Assembly (NCBI RefSeq): GCF_000186885.1
Contig: NC_014972.1
Coordinates: forward strand, 1,410,001-1,442,000
Length of the DNA stretch: 32,000 bases
Direction of reading: 5' to 3'
Source of the DNA: Desulfobulbus propionicus DSM 2032
GTDB taxonomy: Bacteria; Desulfobacterota; Desulfobulbia; Desulfobulbales; Desulfobulbaceae
Positions 27,255 through 32,000 of the stretch are shown in pieces; position 1 is the first letter of the stretch; each line of letters starts with the position of its first letter. The notes beneath the pieces are model-generated. The model was not told where the DNA came from and did not search any database. It worked only from the letters and a program-made list of their open reading frames with translations. Position numbers and translations under genes: made by a program.

Positions 27255-29057
27255 ATGAAGAACTTTCTTGAGCAGCCAAGTCGTTATCTTTTCTTTACAG
27301 GGAAAGGTGGCGTAGGCAAAACTGCCCTTGCCTGTGCTTCTGCGATCCGCCTTGCTGAAATGGGCAAACGAATCCTCCTTGTCAGCACAGACCCAGCCTC
27401 AAACCTCGATGAGATGCTCGGGATCCAACTCTCTCTGCGAGCGACTGCCGTGCCGGGTGTTGATCGGCTCTCCGCGCTTAATATCGATCCTGAGTTGGCC
27501 GCCACCCATTATCGGGAGCGGGTAATAGCCCCCTACCGCGCCATCTGGACAGAATCACAGATCGCCGAACTGCAAGAGCAACTTGCCGGTGCCTGTACGG
27601 TGGAAATAGCCGCCTTCGATGAGTTTGCCGAACTCCTGGCCGGGAGTGAAAACGAGGTACCCTATGATCATGTTTTGTTCGATACCGCACCGACCGGACA
27701 TACTTTGCGACTTCTGCAGTTGCCCAGCGCTTGGACCTCCTTCCTCCAGTCGACGACTCGAGGCGCTTCCTGTCTTGGGCCACATTCCGGGCTAAAAATG
27801 GAAGAGGCCCGATTTTCCGCCGCGTTTTCGGCTCTCAGTGATCCGGAACGAACGATCATTGTGCTTGTAACGCGGCCGGATCGTGCAGCGCTGCGAGAAA
27901 TCGCCCGTTCGTCAGCGGAACTTACTGAACTTGGTCTCCTCAACCAGCAGCTTGTCATTAATGCTGTGTTTGCAGCGGCGGATCCGACCGACCGGACCGC
28001 TGCCGCTCTCGAGCGGCGCGGTCGGGTTGCGCTTATAGAGATGCCCGATCGTTTACAGAGCCTTATTCAGATGCGTATTCCTCTTCGCCCGTTCAATATG
28101 GTTGGGCTGCCGGCGCTTCGGGCGCTCCTGGACGACACCAAAGCGGCTGAACTTACACATTCTTCCGTATCTTCGGTTCAGCAAACTGATTATCCTCGGC
28201 TTTCTGGCCTCATAGACGAGATTGCGCAGTCTGGTAAGGGGTTGGTGATGGTCATGGGAAAGGGCGGCGTTGGCAAGACCACGATCGCGGCAGCCATTGC
28301 CGTGGAACTCGCCTCTCGTGGTGCCAAGGTCCATCTCAGTACAACCGATCCAGCTGCTCATCTTGCCACGACCCTTGAAGGGAGTGTCGAAAATCTCTCG
28401 GTCAGCAGGATCGACCCCGTCCTAGAAACAAAGGCTTATGTTGATCAGGTGATGAGCACCCGTGGAGCACGGCTTAATAAAGATGAACGGGCACTGTTAG
28501 CCGAAGATCTCCGTTCGCCCTGTTATGAAGAAATTGCTGTCTTCACCGCTTTTTCTCGGCTCATCATGCAAGCCCGTTCGACCTTTGTCATTCTCGACAC
28601 TGCACCAACCGGCCACACCTTGCTCCTTCTCGACACCACCGGGGCATATCATCGGCAAGTGGTCGGTAGCGAGGACACCGCAAATGAGTCTGTAGGTATT
28701 GTCACGCCCTTGATGAAACTCAGGGATCCCAAGCACACAAAGATACTCCTGGTCACTCTCGCAGAAACCACCCCAGTCTCAGAGGCGGCACGTTTACAAG
28801 CCGATCTTAATCGTGCCGGGGTGGAACCCTACGCATGGGTTATCAATAGCAGCCTTACTGCCTCAGGAACGAGAGATCCATGTCTGGCTCAGCGGGTCAC
28901 CGCAGAGATTATGCAGATTGACGCCGTACGAACCCACCATGCCCGTCGATTCGCCATAGTTCCATGGATGCCCGAGGAACCGGTGGGACCTGTTCGGCTC
29001 CTCTCATTGGCACGCGATGGGGTAAATTCCTCTGTCCCTTCTCTCCGGGAGAGTTAG
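27255..29057 (+). CDS. arsA: arsenical pump-driving ATPase ArsA (two homologous halves)
   Basis: There are two P-loops (GKGGVGKT twice) and two DTAPTGHTL signature sequences. Cys contexts match the R773 ArsA metalloid site: GACTVEIAAFDEF, GASCLGP and RSPCYEEIAVF. Confidence 0.95.
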   Translation: MKNFLEQPSRYLFFTGKGGVGKTALACASAIRLAEMGKRILLVSTDPASNLDEMLGIQLSLRATAVPGVDRLSALNIDPELAATHYRERVIAPYRAIWTESQIAELQEQLAGACTVEIAAFDEFAELLAGSENEVPYDHVLFDTAPTGHTLRLLQLPSAWTSFLQSTTRGASCLGPHSGLKMEEARFSAAFSALSDPERTIIVLVTRPDRAALREIARSSAELTELGLLNQQLVINAVFAAADPTDRTAAALERRGRVALIEMPDRLQSLIQMRIPLRPFNMVGLPALRALLDDTKAAELTHSSVSSVQQTDYPRLSGLIDEIAQSGKGLVMVMGKGGVGKTTIAAAIAVELASRGAKVHLSTTDPAAHLATTLEGSVENLSVSRIDPVLETKAYVDQVMSTRGARLNKDERALLAEDLRSPCYEEIAVFTAFSRLIMQARSTFVILDTAPTGHTLLLLDTTGAYHRQVVGSEDTANESVGIVTPLMKLRDPKHTKILLVTLAETTPVSEAARLQADLNRAGVEPYAWVINSSLTASGTRDPCLAQRVTAEIMQIDAVRTHHARRFAIVPWMPEEPVGPVRLLSLARDGVNSSVPSLRES

Positions 29058-29262
29058 CATCCATTGTTTGTTCAGCAAGGCAAACATGGCCGGATTCTCT
29101 GTTGCAACGATGAGCAGATCGAGCTTTCGGGGAGATTATTCATGCCGAAAAATTAGCTGGACCAAATTGGCTGACTACAACGAACCATGAAAGCTCAGTG
29201 CTTCGGCAGGACAAGGCCAGTGCTTCGCTAAAGGCTTGCATATAAATCGGGTTCCCCTCTTT

Positions 29263-29718
29263 TTAATTGGTCAGGCTGTCCGGAAGAGTTTCTTCAACAA
29301 AATCGAGGATAAGGTCACGGACAGAGCGATATGCTTGCAGAATCGCCTCCTCTGAGGAGGTATCTTTGGCTAAGTGCGGAGGGTCGGGAAAGCCTTGATG
29401 AATGATGCGTCCGGGAAAGTAGGGGCAGCTTTCATGGGCATGGTCACAAAGGGTGACAACGTAATCAAAGGGCATTGATGGCAATTCATCGATCAGTTTG
29501 GATTGCTGAGCGCTGATATCCACCCCGGCTTCCGCCATGACACGGACCGCCAAGGGGTTGAGTCCATGTTTCTCGATCCCGGCGGAATAGGGTTCAATTC
29601 TCTCGCCTTTCAAATGGCGCGTCCACCCCTCGGCCATTTGGCTGCGGCACGAATTGCCGGTGCAGAGGAAAAGGATGGTCGTCTTTCGCTGTTCGCTGTT
29701 GTTGTTGGATGCGCTCAT
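29263..29718 (-). CDS. arsC: thioredoxin-coupled arsenate reductase (LMW-PTP type)
   Basis: The P-loop is LCTGNSCRSQMAEG, with the downstream Cys pair TLCDHAHESCPYFPG. Confidence 0.9.
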   Translation of the reverse strand: MSASNNNSEQRKTTILFLCTGNSCRSQMAEGWTRHLKGERIEPYSAGIEKHGLNPLAVRVMAEAGVDISAQQSKLIDELPSMPFDYVVTLCDHAHESCPYFPGRIIHQGFPDPPHLAKDTSSEEAILQAYRSVRDLILDFVEETLPDSLTN

Positions 29719-30161
29719 AGAAACATTTTCAACCCTTTGTGCCGGTACTCGGCGAGGAACGCCTCAACCTGCATCTTTATTTGGTCCCGTATTTTCTGGA
29801 TTCCAGCCAATTTGGTCTCCCGGTCGCCCTCCAGACGGGAAGGATCGGCAAAAGGCCAATTGAGCCGCAGGGCTCGACCGGGAAAGAGCGGGCACAGCTC
29901 ACTCGCTTTCTGTGAGCAGACCGTGATCACCACATCATAGCTGCGCCCCTTTTTGAACAGATCAAGCGCTGCCTGGGTGGTGTTATTCTTAAGATCGTAG
30001 CCAATTTCGTCCATGACCTCAATCACCAGCGGATTGAGGGTACCAGCTTCCAGCCCGCAGCTTTCGACAAAAAAGTCGTCGCGGCCGAGATGCTTGAGAA
30101 AAGCCTCGGCCATCTGGCTGCGGGCTGAGTTGTGTTCACAGACGAAAAGGACTTGGAGCAT
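29715..30161 (-). CDS. second LMW-PTP-type ArsC-like arsenate reductase/phosphatase
   Basis: The P-loop is VCEHNSARSQMAEA, with the Cys pair TVCSQKASELCPLFPG. An ATGA overlap joins it to the downstream arsC, and its start lies 3 nt after the acr3 stop. Confidence 0.8.
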   Translation of the reverse strand: MLQVLFVCEHNSARSQMAEAFLKHLGRDDFFVESCGLEAGTLNPLVIEVMDEIGYDLKNNTTQAALDLFKKGRSYDVVITVCSQKASELCPLFPGRALRLNWPFADPSRLEGDRETKLAGIQKIRDQIKMQVEAFLAEYRHKGLKMFL

Positions 30162-30164
30162 GGT

Positions 30165-31259
30165 TTACCTCTCGGGTTTGACTCGCACATGGCAGACCCC
30201 GGTCAGGGTCCGCTGTTCATAGGGAAAATATTTATTCTTCAGTCGCAGGGCCACATTAACCAAAGCGATTAACACCGGCACCTCGACCAGAGGACCGATG
30301 ACCGCAGCAAAGGCTTCGCCGGAGTTGATACCGAAAACGGCGATGGCCACGGCTATCGCCAGCTCAAAATTGTTGGACGCGGCAGTGAAGCTCAAGGTGA
30401 CGGTCTGCTCGTAGGTCGCCCCTGCTTTCAACGACAGGAAGAACGAGACCCCGAACATTATCAAAAAATAGATGGTTAAGGGCAGGGCAATACGCAACAC
30501 ATCGAGTGGCAGCTGAACTATGTATTCACCCTTGAGCGAGAACATCACTAGAATGGTGAAGAGTAGGAAAATCAGGGTCAACGGGCTAATTTTTGGAATG
30601 AACACCGTTTCATACCAGTCTCTGCCTTTCAACTTGATGCCAATCAGGCGACTGAGCATGCCGGCGATAAAGGGGATCCCCAGGTAAATGAACACCGATT
30701 GGGCGATTTCGCCGATGGAGACATCGACCACTGCTCCGGACAGGCCGAACCAGCCGGGAATGACAGTGATGAAGATCCAGGCGTAGAGGGAGAAAAACAA
30801 CACCTGGAAGATCGAGTTGAATGCCACCAATCCAGCGCAGTATTCGGTGTCGCCGTCTGCCAGATCGTTCCAGACAATGACCATGGCGATACAGCGGGCC
30901 AAGCCGATGAGGATCAGGCCGACCATGTAGTGCTGCTGGCCGGAAAGCAGGGCGATGGCCAAGAGGAACATCAGCACTGGCCCGATCACCCAATTCTGTA
31001 CCAGGGAGAGCAGCAGCACCCGGCCATTGCGGAAGACCTGGCCCAGTTGCTCGTATTTCACTTTGGCCAAGGGCGGATACATCATCATGATCAGACCGAT
31101 GGCAATGGGAATGTTGGTAGTGCCCACTTGAAAGGCGTTGATCACATGCTGGACGCCGGGAACGGCATAACCGAGCATAACCCCGGCGAACATGGCGAGA
31201 AAGATCCACAGGGTAAGATACCGATCAAGAAAACTGAGTTGTTTTTGGTGCTGAGACAT
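30165..31259 (-). CDS. acr3: ACR3-family arsenite efflux permease
   Basis: [16 protein letters not shown].., [19 protein letters not shown] and the LARCIAMV Cys context are typical of Acr3. The protein has about 10 TM helices. Confidence 0.9.
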   Translation of the reverse strand: MSQHQKQLSFLDRYLTLWIFLAMFAGVMLGYAVPGVQHVINAFQVGTTNIPIAIGLIMMMYPPLAKVKYEQLGQVFRNGRVLLLSLVQNWVIGPVLMFLLAIALLSGQQHYMVGLILIGLARCIAMVIVWNDLADGDTEYCAGLVAFNSIFQVLFFSLYAWIFITVIPGWFGLSGAVVDVSIGEIAQSVFIYLGIPFIAGMLSRLIGIKLKGRDWYETVFIPKISPLTLIFLLFTILVMFSLKGEYIVQLPLDVLRIALPLTIYFLIMFGVSFFLSLKAGATYEQTVTLSFTAASNNFELAIAVAIAVFGINSGEAFAAVIGPLVEVPVLIALVNVALRLKNKYFPYEQRTLTGVCHVRVKPER

Positions 31260-31300
31260 GGCACATCCTTTGAGAAATAATGTTCAGGAATACATCCAGG

Positions 31301-31359
31301 TGCAATGCATTGCATTGACGATACGATCATTTTTTAATCCGCCTGGGCGGATGCGTCAA
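31301..31359 (-). promoter_or_regulatory. candidate acr3 promoter with two palindromes
   Basis: On the minus strand: TTGACG (31359-31354), a 17-nt spacer, then TAAAAA (31336-31331). The spacer contains ATCCGCC-tg-GGCGGAT (31337-31352). A perfect 14-bp palindrome, TGCAATGCATTGCA (31301-31314), lies downstream in the leader. Confidence 0.3.
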
Positions 31360-31465
31360 TCCCAAACAAGAATAGACTAGATGGAGGTTAGAGGAAGATG
31401 GGGATTTGATCAGAAAAGCGTTTGCCGGTTGTATTTTGAGGTTCGAGGAACGCCTCGCGCAGTCT

Positions 31466-31506
31466 AAATAAAAAGCAAACGGGCTACCAGATGGGCAGCC
31501 CGTTTG
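31466..31506 (-). terminator. intrinsic terminator downstream of the molybdoenzyme gene
   Basis: On the minus strand, a CAAACGGGCT / AGCCCGTTTG 10-bp stem with an 11-nt loop is followed directly by CTTTTTATTT. It begins 21 nt after the stop codon. Confidence 0.7.
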
Positions 31507-31527
31507 TACAGTGATTGATGAAAGAGA

Positions 31528-32000
31528 TTACACTTTGATCAGTTTCACCCTGGTGTCATAAAAAGACACGCTGCCGCCAACTTTGTCGATCATGCAGGTG
31601 TTCTTCAGATGAGGATCGACCCACATGGCGGCATTGGCATGGACGCCGCCGGCCCGCTTTTTGTCGCCCTTGACAAGTTTGCCGTCAATGGTCACATCCA
31701 CAGCCCCCGAATCCCAATGACCATGGCCCAGAGTAAAGGTAACCACTCCGGGGCGGATGGTCTCAGTCACTTGGACCTTACCGATCATCGGCTTCTTGTT
31801 GCCATTGCCCAGATCCCAGACACCATCCGGATTGGTGGCCGAAACCACCTTGACCTGGTCGCCGGTCTTCACCCCCAGCTTCTTGGCGTCGCCAGTGTGG
31901 AGGATAATCGCGTTCTCCGGCATGAGGTCGGTGAGATAGGGCATGGTGATGGTCCGCGCCTTGGTGTGGCGGATATCGCGCTGGGTGATCAGATGGAGCG
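31528..32000 (-). CDS. molybdopterin oxidoreductase catalytic subunit, C-terminal molybdopterin-dinucleotide-binding domain (5' end outside the window)
   Basis: The frame is open to the window edge (..LHLITQRDIRHTKARTITMPYL..). The pattern NAIILHTGDAKKLGVKTGDQVKVVS..GKVQVTETIRPGVVTF..GHGHW is typical of the C-terminal beta-barrel domain of the DMSO-reductase family (Psr/Phs/Ttr/Arr-like). The subfamily cannot be assigned. Confidence 0.7.
   Translation of the reverse strand, partial: LHLITQRDIRHTKARTITMPYLTDLMPENAIILHTGDAKKLGVKTGDQVKVVSATNPDGVWDLGNGNKKPMIGKVQVTETIRPGVVTFTLGHGHWDSGAVDVTIDGKLVKGDKKRAGGVHANAAMWVDPHLKNTCMIDKVGGSVSFYDTRVKLIKV

Noticed and set aside
29196-29227. A 10-bp direct repeat CAGTGCTTCG (29196-29205 and 29218-29227) in the arsA/arsC convergent spacer.
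   Set aside because: It is too short and isolated to interpret, and no associated ORF or structure is present.
31259-31273. A sigma54-like TGGCAC-N5-TTGA on the plus strand.
   Set aside because: It overlaps the acr3 start codon and points toward a region with no plus-strand gene. The match is probably fortuitous.
30610-31280. ORFs 30610-31209 (-), 30644-30877 (-) and 30699-31280 (+) overlapping acr3.
   Set aside because: They are alternative-frame or antisense ORFs with Arg/His/Gly-rich composition, and the acr3 frame has clear family motifs.

Overview
The window is moderately GC-rich bacterial DNA with Shine-Dalgarno sites and many ATGA-type overlapping gene junctions. The protein repertoire suggests an anaerobic delta-proteobacterium-like organism, but that is my impression only. 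All family calls come from motifs read by eye, since no search was run. Most of the window is a large metalloid, thiol-redox and sulfur-transfer accessory region. From left to right it contains the following. (1) The end of a pqiB-pqiC (MCE) transport operon, a decayed SulP permease fragment, an orphan coiled-coil ORF, a perfect 39-bp hairpin repeat and a roughly 470-bp ORF-free spacer. (2) A minus-strand cassette of arsR, a PF03773 (ArsP-like) permease, a small thioredoxin-fold protein, arsM and a radical SAM/SPASM gene, followed by a thiolase. (3) A secreted GMGR-repeat protein with a sigma54-like promoter. (4) A VKOR-thioredoxin fusion, divergent from (5) a 14.8-kb co-directional array of 21 genes. 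That array runs arsR, permease, Trx-like, DGC protein, exported thioredoxin, CcdA, Usp, three exported rhodaneses flanking a CDF transporter, a small Cys-rich ORF with an in-frame TGA, and a complete N-ATPase operon (atpDCQRBEFAG). (6) A third permease/ArsR pair, then a small Cys4 membrane protein followed by arsA. (7) acr3-arsC-arsC. (8) The 3' end of a molybdopterin oxidoreductase gene. I recognised no rRNA, tRNA, CRISPR array, transposase or integrase. The leads I rate highest are: a candidate selenocysteine (TGA-TGT, U-C) gene just upstream of the N-ATPase; the arsM + radical SAM/SPASM + permease cassette as a possible organoarsenical biosynthesis and export module; a permease loop carrying four vicinal Cys-Cys pairs; and arsA paired with a small Cys4 membrane protein instead of arsD/arsB.
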